Positions 49,971-63,250 of a stretch of 64,000 nt of DNA are shown here, one piece after another (position 1 is the first letter of the stretch; each line of letters starts with the position of its first letter). The notes beneath the pieces are model-generated. The model ran no database searches and was not told the origin of the DNA. It saw only the letters and a program-made list of their open reading frames with translations. Location of the stretch: the NCBI RefSeq assembly GCF_018350175.1, contig NC_058382.1:56112001-56176000 (forward strand), read 5' to 3'. This DNA comes from Felis catus. Lineage: Eukaryota. The translations under genes were made by a program, and so were the position numbers.

Positions 49971-50829
49971 CTAATTTGCGCATTTTAAAGTAGGAAAGAA
50001 CTGAAAGCCTCATGTTGATGGATTTGATGTGATTTGTAAAAAATTAAGAGACTGCCATTTTTCATAATAGCCATAAACTTTACACATCCACATGCCTTAC
50101 CCCCTTAAAACCAATAGAACACAGCTCTCTCTGTTCTGAGAGTATTCCCCTTCGATGCTAAAAATTATCAAACCTACTGGGAAGAAGAGTTCCCTGGGGA
50201 TTTGCTTTATAAAATAAACAGAAATCAATTTTGACTTGTTTTCTAATCATGATAAATGAAGCCAGGTTAGGAAAAAGAAGTCCCAGCACTACTCGAGGAT
50301 CATTTTGCCAGGATGCATTGGTCTTTGACAAGCAATTAAGAAGCCCTCTGATTGTGGCTGGCAGTGCCACGGCTCAGCACACTCCTGATTAATTCTCATT
50401 TTCATTCTTTCCTTGGGATTTATTTACTCATTTCACCTGGAATGTGTTTAGCTTCTTAACCTCCCCATCCCCCCTTTCCTCACGTGCTTCCTTGCTTGGC
50501 TCCTTCCAACTTCACCTACCCATTAATCAAAGCCATGTTCATTCCTGCTGGAAAAGTACCATACCATCTTGGCGTTGATTCATTGTGTTTTCATTCATTC
50601 ATTCATTCGTTTTCTATTTCACCTAGTTGGCCTTCTTTATTTCCATCTAGATATACTTTCGAAACCCATCTGTCTGCCTTGGGGGATGCTCAGTAGGGAG
50701 GGGGTTCATCTGATGTGAGCTATTAACAGCACGTTTTGAAATACATACCAATGAGAAGTCTGAAGTCTGGACATAATTGAAGCGTCTTGGAGCTACAAGA
50801 GATGGAATCAACATCTTAATCTTTGTCTT

Positions 50830-51005
50830 CATGGAGGTCAACAATTGAATCCTGTTTCTAGCGTAAGCACAGAGTGTGCATCTTTCATACATTACTTCTT
50901 TTAATCCTTGCAACAACCCTACAAAGAAGGCAATGGTGGCCTCACTTTGTAGACAACGGGAGGCTCAGAGAATTTAAATCACATGAGCAGTAGCTGGTGA
51001 AACCA
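50830..51005 (-). mobile_element. MIR SINE
   Basis: tttaatccttgcaacaaccctac...ctcactttgtagacaacgggaggctcagaga. Confidence 0.72.
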
Positions 51006-51599
51006 TCCCTCAAGCCTCTGTCTGCTGAATTATTAACAGGATAACCCACAGCAGACACTGATTCACGTGTGGCATCGACAATAAGAGCAGTGCTGGACAC
51101 CTTCACTGCAAACCATTTGACCCGGCACCTTGGTTAGGTTGACTTTGCATGGCCACCCTATTGAATCGTGAGTTTCCACGAGCTGAGATCTACACCAGGC
51201 CATCCCTCTCAGCCTGCTCCACTTGGGGACAGACATGACTTGATGGGTGGTTGGCCCTATAAAGGGTCTTCAAATGCTTTGCCCATCCCCACTGGACTCC
51301 CATACATGAAGCAGGAGACCTACTTCATGGTCTCTGAATGTTTGCCCTCAGCAACCCCCCCCAATCCAATCCTTTCTGATTCTGAGCCCCCCAATTATTC
51401 ACCCTTCTGTTTCCTTCCTCTCACCCTGAGGGCTTGAGCCCTTTCCTCATTCTTACAATGATTCTGGCTTCCTCGCCCTGGCACCCTTTGGAAAATGCTT
51501 CTCACAGGTAAGTGGCCCTGGGAGCTTTCAACTTCGAACCCAGACTCCAACATGTTTTCTCTCTTTATAGTGGTGGTTCATGTCAAGAAAATATAATGG

Positions 51600-51800
51600 T
51601 GTATCATGTGTTTTATGGGCTTCTGATAACAACCCTGGGATAGTCCTTAGCGCACCTTAATGAGGTTCGCTTATTATCTGTGATTCATAAACAAGAACAC
51701 CAAGGTTTGGAGAGGTCATATAGATCACTGAAGACCCTACAGGTAGGAAGTGGTGAATCAGAATGGAGTCCCAGGTCTTGGTTCCGTCTACTCCAAAGCC
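51600..51800 (-). mobile_element. MIR SINE
   Basis: gaacaccaaggtttggagaggt...aggtaggaagtggtgaatcagaatggagtcccaggtct. Confidence 0.65.
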
Positions 51801-52201
51801 TCTCTCCTTTTTCCTCTCTTCTCTCCTGGAAACCATAGGATCCTGCGATTTTCTTCTAAATTGCTTTTTCTATTAAAATTATAACCTGTCATTAAAATAT
51901 TTAAGCACACAAATTAACCGGTGTTAATTAATTATGATATTTCAAAAGGTGACAAGCAATTTAGAGTGAGATTTGAAGGTAAAAAAAAAAAAAAGACACC
52001 TAAATATAACTTGGCATCTTTCGTAATAAATACAAATCTTTGTCAATTGTGACTTTATCTAGCCCTGATAGGCCTCAGGTCTAAATGGAACAGAACATTC
52101 TGAGTCATCAGCCATTTTTACCAGGCTCAGAAGCACGTAAACAGTTTTTGGAAATTCTGGTGCTTCAGAACGTTTTGGCACCCAAAGTCATTGCGTGTAC
52201 C

Positions 52202-52402
52202 TTCTTTTTCATTTGTTTTAATATAATTTATTGTCAGATTGGCTAACATACAGTGAGTACAGTGTGCTTTTGGTTTTGGCGTAGATTCCCGTGATACACC
52301 GCTTACATACAACACCCAGTGCTCATCCCAACAAGTGCCTTTATCCGTGCCCATCCCCCATTTTCCCCTCTCCCCTGCCCTCCGCCCCCCCCCCCCCATC
52401 AG
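52202..52402 (-). mobile_element. Felid L1 3' end (5'-truncated)
   Basis: tttattgtcagattggctaacatacagt...gtagattcccgtga...catacaacacccagtgctcatcccaacaagtgcc. Same family as 11131-11396. Confidence 0.92.
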
Positions 52403-53379
52403 CTGTCTTCTTATGAGTCTCCAATCTCCTCTCTGCAGGGAGGTTGAAATGATGACTTTCAATTTAAACTCACATCTCTCCGAATCCTTTGTCCTTTTAC
52501 ATTTTAGGGTAAAATAAGGCAGAAACAAATGACCTCCTGGTAGGACGTGGTGGCCTCAGGGCGGAAGGGAGAAATATGTGTGTGGCCAGTCGTGCATGGC
52601 GGTCTTTGCTCTGCTGTTCTGTGTCGCTCAAGCCTCTCCTCCTGTTAGACCGTGATGTACCATGAAGCCAGTTTAACTAGCAGGCAGGGTCCACCAGAGC
52701 CAGCCTGGTCCTGACCAGCAGGGCGAGTTGACTGGCAGTCATTACTCCTTCTGGGTCCTAACTTCCCCCAAGGGGGGTGCAGCATTTGAACGGGGTGAAC
52801 TAAGGTTTCCTCCAACGGCTCCAACATTCTATGGGCTCTAACTCTAATTACTACCCTTGACTCTACCCTCTAGAAATTTCTTACCGAGTCTGTGGAGGGA
52901 ATAGCAATGATTCTCCAGGGGAAGTGGGAGGAAGCAGAGGCAGCACCATCAGTGCAGGGAACTGCTGTTACTGATGGCACTTTTCCAGAACCATCTGATA
53001 TGTTGAGACTGAGGAAGTAGTTGGGAATCACTGTTGTCTGGATCATCTGTAGACCAGGTTCTTTCACAGGTGATAATCTGGGGCCTAGAAAAGCTCATTA
53101 ACTTGCCCAAGGTCACACGGCAATGCATAAACACTTAAGAGCAAGATGAATATTAATTAATCTTACTTTATATCTGACAGTTATTTTAAAGGAAAAGTTA
53201 CCATTGAAAAAGATAAATTAGAACATCACAAAGGGAATCCTGTGTATGTATGTGTGAGAATTCTTAACAGCAAATTTTTGAAAAACACTTCTACAGGAAA
53301 ATAAGAACTCCCTGAGCAAAAATGTTCAGAAATGCTCAAAATGTGACTAAATATATCACAGACCATATATCCCTTAGGC

Positions 53380-53665
53380 CAGTGCTGTCCCAACACAAAT
53401 ACAGTGTAAACGGCATAAAGTAAAAAGACCAGGTGAAATTAATTTGAGTGATGTACTTTAACCCATCTAAAATATTACCTAAATATCTAACATATCATTT
53501 CTACACATTCTCAATATAATAAATTACTGATATTTTACTTTTATGGATTAAGCCTCTGAAATCCAATGCGCATTTATTCTACCCTTCATATCTCAATTTG
53601 GATGAGCCACATTTCCAGCGCTTAGTAATCACATGTGGCTTGTGCTTCCTCATTGCACAGGATGG
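53380..53665 (+). mobile_element. hAT-Charlie MITE, MER33-like
   Basis: cagtgctgtccc...aaagtaaaaagaccaggtgaaattaattt...atctcaatttggatgagccacatttccagcgcttagtaatcacatgtggct. Confidence 0.82.
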
Positions 53666-53771
53666 AACAATTTTCTCTTCTCACTTCCTCTTTTTCCAGG
53701 TTCTATCAAAATTTATCTTTCATAAAATATTTAAATAGAATGTACTCTGGGTTTTAAAAATACATATATGA

Positions 53772-53983
53772 GGGGTGCCTGGGTGGGTCAGCTGGTTAAG
53801 TGCTGACTTCAGCTCAGGTAATGATCTTGCGGTCCATGAGTTCGAGCCCTGCGTCGGGCTCTGTGCTGACAGCTCAGAACCTGGAGCCTGCTTTGGATTC
53901 TGTGTCTCCCTCTCTCTCTGCTCCTTCCCCACTCGTGCTCTGTCTCTCAAAAATAAATAAATATTTAAAAATACTAAAAAAAT
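53772..53983 (+). mobile_element. Can-SINE (SINEC_Fc)
   Basis: TSD aaaaataca(t/c)a(t/c)atga at 53756-53771 and 53984-53999. Followed by (TA)n and (CA)n. Confidence 0.96.
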
Positions 53984-54574
53984 AAAAATACACACATGAG
54001 CATATATATATATATATATATGAGTATATATGTATGTCATATGTATACAGAAACACACACATGCACACACACACACATAGAGGGAGAGAGAGGGGAGAAA
54101 TCAAGTACCTTTCGACATCAGCATTTCTGAATCCCTTACATTGGATTTTCTTAAACAGGTGGAGAAGTTCCGGCAGATTCCATGTTCCATTTCAGGCTTA
54201 TATATTTTCAGAAGCTCTATATTCAAGGGCTTGTGGCTTACCAGACTGCCAAGGTGGCAGTGACAAGGGTACATTTAGCACAGAATTGGTCCTTAGTCCC
54301 CATTTCTCTGATGTGAGCTATCAGCTTCAAGATGTCCGTTTTTGTAGCTACATCAAAGCTTTGGCCATTTGTGCAGGAAATCCCTCAAAAGCAATCACAG
54401 ACCGATTGGCACTGTACGATTTGGTATTACCATGTCCTGAGTTAAACAAATGAGAATCTTGAAAGGATATTCCCTTGCTGAAGACCTGGGGAAAGAGAAG
54501 TGCAGTGACCCCAGGGTCCTTTTTGCGAAGATTTAAATGGGGGACACACATGAAAATGCTTAGTGCATGTAGGT

Positions 54575-55241
54575 GCTAGCTGTAGTGTCCCAGAGCTGCA
54601 GCTACCCATGGCCACAAACCTGAATGGCTTAGAACAATGGAAGTGTATTCTCTGACAGTTCTGGAACCCTGCAGTGGAGGGTCAGCTTGGCCATGCTTTC
54701 TGTGGAGACTCTGGGAGATAATCTTTCCTTTTCCTCTTCGAGCTTCTGGTGGTACCCAGCCATCATTGGCATTCTTTGTAGGAGTTCTTTTTTTCTTTTT
54801 TTTAAGTTTATTTATTTTGAGAGAGAGTGAGCCCAAGTGATGAAGGGGCAGAGAGAGAGGGAGAGAGAGAATACCAAGCAGGCTCCATGCTGTCAGAACA
54901 GAGCACCGATGCAGGGCTCGAACTCACAAACTGCAAGATCATGACCTGAGCTAAAACCAAGAGTTGGAAGCTTAAGTGACTGAGCCACAGAGGCGCCCCC
55001 CTGTGCATTCTTTGTCTCGCAGATGGCATCACATCAGTCCCTGCATCTGTTTTCACATGGACTTTTATCTCTTTGCCCTGTGTCCTCTCCTTTTTATAAG
55101 GATACCAGCCATTGGATTTAGGGTCCACCCTAATCCAGTATGACCTTATTTTAATTATATCTGCAAAGATCTTCTTCCCAAGTAAGGTCCCATTCTGAGT
55201 TTCTGGACGGGCATGGATTTGGGGGAGGACACTATTCAACC
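54575..55241 (-). mobile_element. MaLR solo LTR (MLT1B/C-like) interrupted by a Can-SINE
   Basis: ggcttagaacaatggaagtgtattctctgacagttctgga...attggatttagggtccaccctaatccagtatgacc...ggacactattcaacc. Confidence 0.85.
54786..55000 (-). mobile_element. Can-SINE (SINEC_Fc2-like)
   Basis: gagaataccaagcaggctcc...gactgagccacagaggcgcccc, flanked by gcattctttgt repeats. Confidence 0.94.
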
Positions 55242-56123
55242 TGGCATGGCTCTCACTAAATTCCCTCCTGAGGTCTGTCACTCAAGTTCAGTGGGTCACG
55301 TCTACCACCAAAATCTCCTCAGACACTTATGTGGACTGTTGACTTTGGAAACCGAAATGGGATGCAATGATCACCTGATACAGTGGAGTCCTTTCTTTGA
55401 AAGGAATTTTTATCACAATGAAGGCCAAAAAAGAAAGCAGAGCAAAACATCCTGTGTGTTTACCTGTGTCCCCTTCCTCTTTGCCCTTCACTAGGCTCCC
55501 GGAAGTCTTCCTTAGCCTCCCTAACGCCCCATAATCCATCCTCTCTTTAATTGTAATCCCTTTATTGTATAGACCAAGACTGATAATGCTTATAGATACA
55601 GTGGTTTTCCCCCAGAATCACACAACAACTCAAATCTGAGCCTTGCTTCAGCCACAAAGTGTCCAGACACTCAGTCCATCTCTATTGCTAACAGGGATGA
55701 GCGGCAGGGACCCGTGGTATGTTTTTCTTTGGAAAAGGAAGAACAAAACATTCCATACGGGGCAAGTTTTCTTCTTCTATTTTACAAAATTATAAAAGAA
55801 AGTTCATGGTGAGGTCAAAGCCATGACAACATCCGTGCTTCCTCTGTGGAGTTTCTGTTTCCAAGTAGGGGAAGAGGTGGGAGTAGGCACCTTCGGGTCA
55901 GTGTGGAAGGAGGGAGTCCTTTCTCTCAAGGACTCTCAAGGACTCTGCTCTCAGTGTCTCCTGCCACAGCACGTCTGGGCCATGCTCTGTGTCATTCCAT
56001 TTTTCACAAGTATTTTGGGTATTTATTTTTCCCTCAAAGTAGACAAAGTGTGTCTTTGAACCCAAACCATGGTCTAAGCCTTCCAAATTCTTCTCTTAAA
56101 AATTGTAGCTCCTTTGAAAAACG

Positions 56124-56546
56124 TTTTAATTAATATCCTTCATTTTTTAGAGCAGTTTTAGGGTTACAGAAAATTGAGCAAATAGTATAGAGTTTCCCTA
56201 TACTCCTACTACCCCACTCATAGCTTCCCGTGGGTTGGACAAATGTGTCATAGGATGTATCTGTCATTAAAGTTATCACACAGAATAGTTTCACTGCCCT
56301 AAACATCCCCTGTGCTCCACCCTTTCATCCTCCTTTCGCCCAAACCCCTGACAACCACTGATCTTTTTACTACCTCTACAGTTTTCTCATTTCCAGAAGG
56401 TGATAGAGTCATACGGTATGTAGCCTTTTCAGACTGGATTCTTTCGCTAAGAAATCTGCATGTAAGGTTTCTCCGTATCTTTTCTTGGTCTGATTTCTTA
56501 TTTCTTTTTAATCACTGAATAATATTCTATTGTGTGGGTATTCCAA
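56124..56546 (-). mobile_element. L1MC1-like 3' UTR fragment
   Basis: tttagagcagttttagggttacagaaaattgagc...cagaatagtttcactgccctaaacatcccctgtgctc...gtagccttttcagactgg. Confidence 0.85.
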
Positions 56547-57516
56547 GTTACTTTTCGTGATTTCAACCTAATAGTAAAATTTCGATCTCTGTACCTGAAA
56601 GCCAGATCTACAGTCAGATTAGAGGGTCTCTCATGGACACAGTCTTTCTTTCTGTGGGCCACCAATCAGGTCCACACCATTTCCCCACTGGCTTGCCCTT
56701 GTGTCTGACAAATACCAGGACTTATGCCCTAAGACCCATCTAGAAAATTGTGTATTTTGCCTAATTTAAAACAATATATTTGGGGGGGGGAAATAAAATA
56801 TATGTTGGATTTATTGTGCTCATGATTCTATTGGACCACATTAGTCTAGAGAAGAATCCCAAAGAAAGAGGAATTAGGATTTAGAAGAAGATAGACCAGT
56901 TTTTAAATCAAGAAAGAAAACAAAAACATGGAACCTTGACATTTCCCAGGATATTACCCCATGGTTGCCACAGATGATGAAGAGATAGAATGTAAAAGAA
57001 GAGGTAGCTTCCTGTGGAATTAAAATTCCAGAATGTTCAAGAAAGTGCCAGACATGGGACCAAATAGGACTGGCTAGTAATGAAAATTCCACCCACATGG
57101 ACTGGGTTGCTAACCATATGGCTGGTGCAGCACATGGAGCTCTAAAGCACTCACAGTCACCTTTCTGCAGTGGACATGGACCACAGGTTAGCACAGGGGC
57201 CACCCAACCAACAGCCCTGGGAAACAGAGAAATTCTTTTTGGAAACACATGTGTTTTTAACTTTCAGAAGTCATATAATTTCATTTTCATTTTTAAATAA
57301 TTCAGACAAACAGAAGTCCCCGTTTTCCTCCCTGCAACTATATCCCTCTCTTAAGAGGTAACAGCCATGATTAGTTTGATGGCCATCCTTCCGGAGCTTT
57401 TTCTGGACATTTAGATCCACATATGTATGTCCGTTGATACATAGTGGTTTGTGATGTGGGTGAGCTATACATAACAGAGATACTATTCTGTGCAATTTTC
57501 TGCAATTTGCATTTTA

Positions 57517-57734
57517 TTATTTTTTAATTTTTTTTAATGTTTATTTATTTTTGAAAGAGTCAGAGTGCAAGTCGGGGAGGGGCAGAGAGAGAGAGGGAGA
57601 CACAGAATCTGAGGCAGGCTCTAGGCTCTAAGCTGTGAGTGCAGAGCCCGACACGGGGCTCGAACCCACGAACCGTGACTTCATGACCTGAGCTGAAGTC
57701 CGGTGCTTGACTGACTGAACCACTCAGGCACCCC
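57517..57734 (-). mobile_element. Can-SINE (SINEC_Fc)
   Basis: Perfect TSD tgcaatttgcatttta at 57501-57516 and 57735-57750. Confidence 0.97.
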
Positions 57735-57859
57735 TGCAATTTGCATTTTAATTTTCAAGTCCCCTGAACAACCCCATAGTGGTCTTTCATGTTGGTGTGT
57801 TACAGCTGATGTACAGATGAGATGATCAGGTGTTTCTTCCCAACTTTTGCCATTACACA

Positions 57860-58228
57860 TGTGGTGGTTGTATTCATGTTCATCGGTATCTGGCCTTTTT
57901 CTACTTTCTGGAAGTGGAGATTGTATTCCCCTGCCTTTTTGATATTAGCCATCACGATGTCGCTGGATCCAACCACCGAAATGTGTGTGCAAGTGGCATA
58001 TGTCACTTCTAGACCAAAGCACATAATTGTTGGTGCTCAATCTTCTAATCCCTTAAGGTGCTGCCACTTTGGTCCCCTGGGTCCCTGGGTGTCTATGATC
58101 CTCAGAATCCTACTGCTGACTGCACAGGCATGGGGCATAGGCAACAAACAAATCCTTGTGGTTCAAAGTCACAAAGAATTTAGAGTTCTTTGTTATTACC
58201 GCATAGCCTAGCCTCTTCCGGCTGATAC
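57860..58228 (+). mobile_element. MaLR solo LTR (MLT1I/J-like)
   Basis: tgtggtggttg...gaaatgtgtgtgcaagtggcatatgtcacttct...tttgttattaccgcatagcctagcctcttccggctgatac. Confidence 0.75.
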
Positions 58229-61200
58229 CCACGGCACTGAGCAGCTTGTGCATGTTTCTTACTGCACAACTGACAGCATTTTCCGGGAGTGAATATCTAT
58301 GACAAAGTCAAAACATTACATTGCTTTTAAGCATCTTCTTGTACATCAAGCCCCTACCTTTTGTCCCTTGGCTCCTCTGCATCTCTTGACTTTAGGCTCC
58401 TCTCTATTATTTATTCATGGTTTATTAGATAAATGTCCCCCCTCAGACAAACCAGGAGCTCCCTGGGGTCTGCCGGTTCCTTTGCCCATGCCTCCAGTGT
58501 TAGCAATTGTTTCATTAAACTCTAATCTCAAAGCTAATCCCTGCTGGCAAATGTGTTCTGTCCTATAAGAAGGCTCCCAGGCTCCAAGTCTCAAACCACT
58601 AACCAGGCCATGCAGGTGTTTAGTGGTGCTTATTGCTGGTCACGTGATACTGTTATTTCTTTCTCCACATTTCCAGTATGAGTCACACTACAAAAAAGAT
58701 TACCTTTCGGTTTGGGAGGTACTAAATTAGAGTGTAGGATTTCCAAAGCCCTATATTCTTCTTCAGAGCACAGCAAGGGTGTTCATTCCGACCTCAAGGG
58801 CCAAGGATACTGCAGGCTTCCCAGTCGATGAGTTTATTCAGCTCTGACCTGTGCAGCCAGTGGGGCAGCAAATGGGGTGGGAGTTTCTTTGAGGCTGGTA
58901 TGCGCTCCACCAGAAGCTAGCAGTGGGGGAAAGCTGCTGAGGTTGATGTAAACTCAGAGCTCGGCCCCGTTGCCAGGACAAAGCCAGTCACTCACTTCCC
59001 AGCTGTGGCCCCTGGGGTGGGGGGACCTGAAATCCTATGTTGATGGAAAGCATAAGAAGAAGATGAGAGCAAAATCAGAGCTTCGAGCGCTCTGTAACTG
59101 AATCCCAGAGCCTCCCTGAGGGCTGAGACCCTTTGCAGCTTTCATTCGCTTACACATCTCATTGAGGCATGCGGCCTAACTTGATTTGTGCAGAAGAACA
59201 CATTTCTGCCCAAAGAGGAGAGCCGGGCCTATGGCAGCTTTCAGGAAGATTTGTCCTGTCAGCGAGGTGTGACCCCTGTGTCCGCCTATCTTCCATCATG
59301 CCTCTCCTTCCCCCCTCACAAAGCTGCAATGGGTCCCTGACGTCCACGGCACCGCGCCTCACCTCTCTTATGACAAAGGGACCTGGAAGAACACTGCAGA
59401 GGCTCACATCTGCACCTGGATGTTGCTCTTGCTTGCTCTACTGTCCTGGGAAAATCCTTCCTCCTCTCTGACTCCATGGCTTTTCTGGGAAGCAAGGTTG
59501 TACCGGTGCCTACCCTAAAGGATGGCCGTCAGGGTTCAGTGAGCTAACCCCAAACAGATGACAAAGATGTTCTGAGGTTCCTCCGGGGAGCAATGCTCAG
59601 GCACGATGACGCGGGTGGCACCCGGTAACCATGGCATTCAGACAGTGTCATCCTTCAGCATCCATACAGCGTCTGTGGGGCCTGGGTCCCCTCACACCCA
59701 TGCTCCAGGCTCCTGCGCCGGAGTCCTGATTTTTGCCACCAAACTCCCCAGGGCATTCCATCATCGGCTTGCTTGGGGCTGCCCCCACCAGCCAGTGTCC
59801 TGGAGCCTGAGCTGTGCCCAGCACTCCGGCCTCGTCCAGCCTTTCTGGACTTGAAGATGCTTCTCCTGAATCTTTGGTGCTGTGACTCACGACTCAGTCG
59901 TGTCCAGTCCACTCCCTCATCCTGCAGCCCGCAGGGCCCCCCAGCTCTTGTCACCCCCGTTCCACAGATGCCCTGCCCTCTCTTTGTGGTCCCATCCTGC
60001 AGTTGCCATGGTTACCCGTGGGGGAACAGCTTTTCTTCTCTACTCTTCTCCCCAAATCTCCAGCCGGCTCCCCCCCACCCAGTCCTATCTGTGTCCCTCC
60101 TCTGAGACTTTTCTGTGCCCTACCTCTGTGTTAACTTGTGGCTTTTCACATTCCTGTTGTTTCCTTAACTGTATAGCAAACTCATGGAGGGTGGGGAATT
60201 GACATTACTGGAGAAACTGAATTTGTGCCAGCTGAATTAAAATACCCTCCTCCACCCTAACACCTCTGTGGGTCTCCACAACACATAGGTGGGGCCCAGA
60301 CGATTATGAAATTGATGCATGAATGAATGCAAACAGGCCGACACTTTCTCAAATAACTGGGGGGTCTTCGAATCTAGTGCAAAATCCTCTGCTAGGTCAG
60401 AACATTCTTTGAAGTAGACGAGTGATTAATATGAAAGACAGGAAAGTAAATAAAATAGTTCGATTAAAATACTCTTAGCTGATATACTTCATCGACCCCA
60501 GGGAGGAAGAAGCCACCTATAATTCGCATCTTCTATTATTGCATTTAGGGGCAGCGGTACCTAAAAATCATGTCTCTTCAAATGTTTGTTGTCTCAGCAT
60601 TGTAAGATCTGTATTTAGTCCTAATTCAGAAGATGTGAAATTGAAGGTAGGGCTGAGGAATCTCATCATCTGCACTGGTGAATGAGACCCTCTGAGTCTA
60701 CGTTGGTTTAATTGGAAACAAATAACAAAGCAAATAAACAAACAAAAAAACCTCAGTAGAAATGGAACTTAGACTTTAAAATGGTCCAAAAAGTGTTTTA
60801 TGACAGAAAGTGAATTGGAGTTTAACCTTTTTATCCAAAGGGCAGGTAGCTGGCCTGAAGAGAGAGGGGGTCCCATAGAGTATTTTGATATCTGGGGAGA
60901 TGTGTGTGTTGCTGGCTAATCCCGCACATCCATGGATATTCAGACAGGTGCACATGTTTTTCTAGCCACATACTGTGCCTTGACCCCATGCACTTAGAGC
61001 TTTTCTTTCCCCAATATAGGTCTGCCCCCTGACTCCCCCTGCCACCCCCAGGGCTGTAATAAAGGGGACAGGGGGGAAATTGATGTCTTCACTATTACAG
61101 CCATCTGTGAACAAAGTTCCTGAGGTAGTCAGGGGGGAAACAGGTCTAAAAGTGGCAGTACTGCCCTGGCCGGCAGAGCAGGTAAACCAAGGCACAAGAT

Positions 61201-61269
61201 ATTAGGGTTGACAAAAACACTGTGTGATGAGTGAGGTTGTGGATGGGAGGAGAGCTTTGAGGATGGGCA

Positions 61270-61554
61270 GCCCTCCCATGAGCAGACCCCGACATAAGGG
61301 TTCAAGGGCAGTTATTTATTTGGGAGATGGGGAAGCTACAGGTGGAAGATTAGGGGGTTGACACAGGGAAGGGAAGGCAACTAGCTAGTGAAGCTCGTAA
61401 GATGGTAACCAGTGGGGGCCAATGGAGCCCAGTCTTTAAGGGGAACACTAAGAAAGTGCATAAAGCAAGTTCAAAGATATTCTACCCAAGGGGCAAGGGA
61501 GCCCTGGGGGATTTATACCCCACCTTGCTGTCAGTCTTTGTTTAAAAGCTGGCA
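61270..61554 (-). mobile_element. ERVL-class LTR fragment (LTR33-like)
   Basis: gcagaccccgacataagggttcaagggcagttatttatttgggag...acagggaagggaaggca...gggatttataccc. Confidence 0.65.
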
Positions 61555-61840
<286 letters not shown>

Positions 61841-61849
61841 AAAGCTGGT

Positions 61850-62080
61850 GGGGCACCCGGGTTGTTCAGTCAGTTAAGTATCCGACTCGTGATTTCAGCT
61901 CAAGACATAATCTCATAGTTTGTGAGTTCAGGCTGTGTGTCAAGCTCTGTGATGACACTGCAGAGCCAGCTTGAGATTCTCTCTCTTCCTCTCTTTCTGC
62001 CCCACCCCTGCTTGTACGCTCACTCTCTCTCTCTCTCTTTCTCTCTCTCTCAAAATAAATAAATAAGCTTTAAAAAAAAA
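61850..62080 (+). mobile_element. Can-SINE (SINEC_Fc2-like), second of a tandem pair
   Basis: ggggcacccgggttgttcagtcagttaag...caaaataaataaataagctttaaaaaaaaa. Confidence 0.92.
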
Positions 62081-62134
62081 GCTGGCAAGGCATAAGCTAG
62101 AGGAGGCAGTGCGGCATTGGAAGAACAATGACTC

Positions 62135-62893
62135 ATTTAAACGTTCTCTTCCCATGAAATCCAGCAGCCACACTCTTTCATATTTACCCAGAGGAGTTGA
62201 AAACTTAGGTCCACATGAAAGCCTGAATGTGGATGTTTACAGCAGTTTTATTCATACTTGCCAAAAGTTGGAAGCAACTAAGATGCCCTTCAGTAGGTGA
62301 CTGGATAAATAAACTGGGGCACATCCAGACCAAGGAATATTATTTAACACTAAAAATAAATGAGCCACCAAGCCATGAAAAAACATGGAGGAAACTTACA
62401 TGTATATCACTCAGGGACAAAAGCCAATCTAAAAAGGCTATGTACTGTGTCATTCCAAGTCTATGACATTCCCGAGAAGGCAAAACTTGAGAGACAGTGG
62501 AAAAAATCAGTTACAGGGCTTGGTGGGGAGAGAAGGATGAGTAGACAAAGCACAGGGGATTTTTAGGGCAGTGAAAATACTCTGTATGATACCACAGTGA
62601 TGGATGCATGACATTATGTTTGTCCAAACCCATATAGTGTACAACACCAAGAGTGAACCCTAAGGTGGACTCTGGACTTTGGGTGATTATATGTATCCAT
62701 GTTGGTTCAGCACTTATAACAAACATACCTCTCTAGGGGCAGGGGGAGTTGGCAACGGGGCGGGGCACAATCTATGTATTGGGGCAGAAGGCATATGGGA
62801 AATCTTGTGCCTACACAAGGCACATAATTTTGCTATGAACCTAAAATTGCTCTAAAAGAATTATGTCTTTAAAAAGAAAATAAAAATAAAAAA
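62135..62893 (+). mobile_element. L1MC1-like 3' end
   Basis: Frame 62227..62466 (MFTAVLFILAKSWKQLRCPSVGDWINKL...) resembles the L1 ORF2 C-terminus. It is followed by an L1MC1 3' UTR and an A-rich tail. Confidence 0.9.
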
Positions 62894-63094
62894 GAGTAGT
62901 GATATGGTCAGGACAAGGATAGGAGTGGAATGCCAGGGAAGGGTTACAAGAACTACAAAGTCAGAATTTAGCCGCTGCCTCTTTTCTACCCGTGACTTGG
63001 CAGGTTCTTGCTAGAGTTGAGATTAGATTCCAGAGCAGGCTTCTGCCTGGTACAACTTATACCACCACCCGTGCGGTCCCCCACCATGGCCCAC

Positions 63095-63250
63095 CTATTA
63101 GTAATGATAATAATGCATAAGATGTGTTCAGAACGGTGTGCCCCATGTAATCCCTTTAGCCACGTAGCCTTCACAACAATGTCTTTGGGAGAGGAGGAGC
63201 CTGGGATCCAGCAATCTTAAGCAAATTGTCCCTTGCTGCACAACTAGTCA
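63095..63250 (-). mobile_element. MIR fragment
   Basis: cttcacaacaat...ttgctgcacaactagtcaatagca. Confidence 0.45.

Noticed and set aside
54808..55281. 157-aa minus-strand ORF
   Set aside because: Made up of MLT1 LTR and Can-SINE sequence.
59100..60200. GC-richer, ORF-dense stretch as a CpG island or hidden gene
   Set aside because: CpG density is modest, and the overlapping ORFs on both strands lack recognisable homology. Fewer stops are expected at higher GC.
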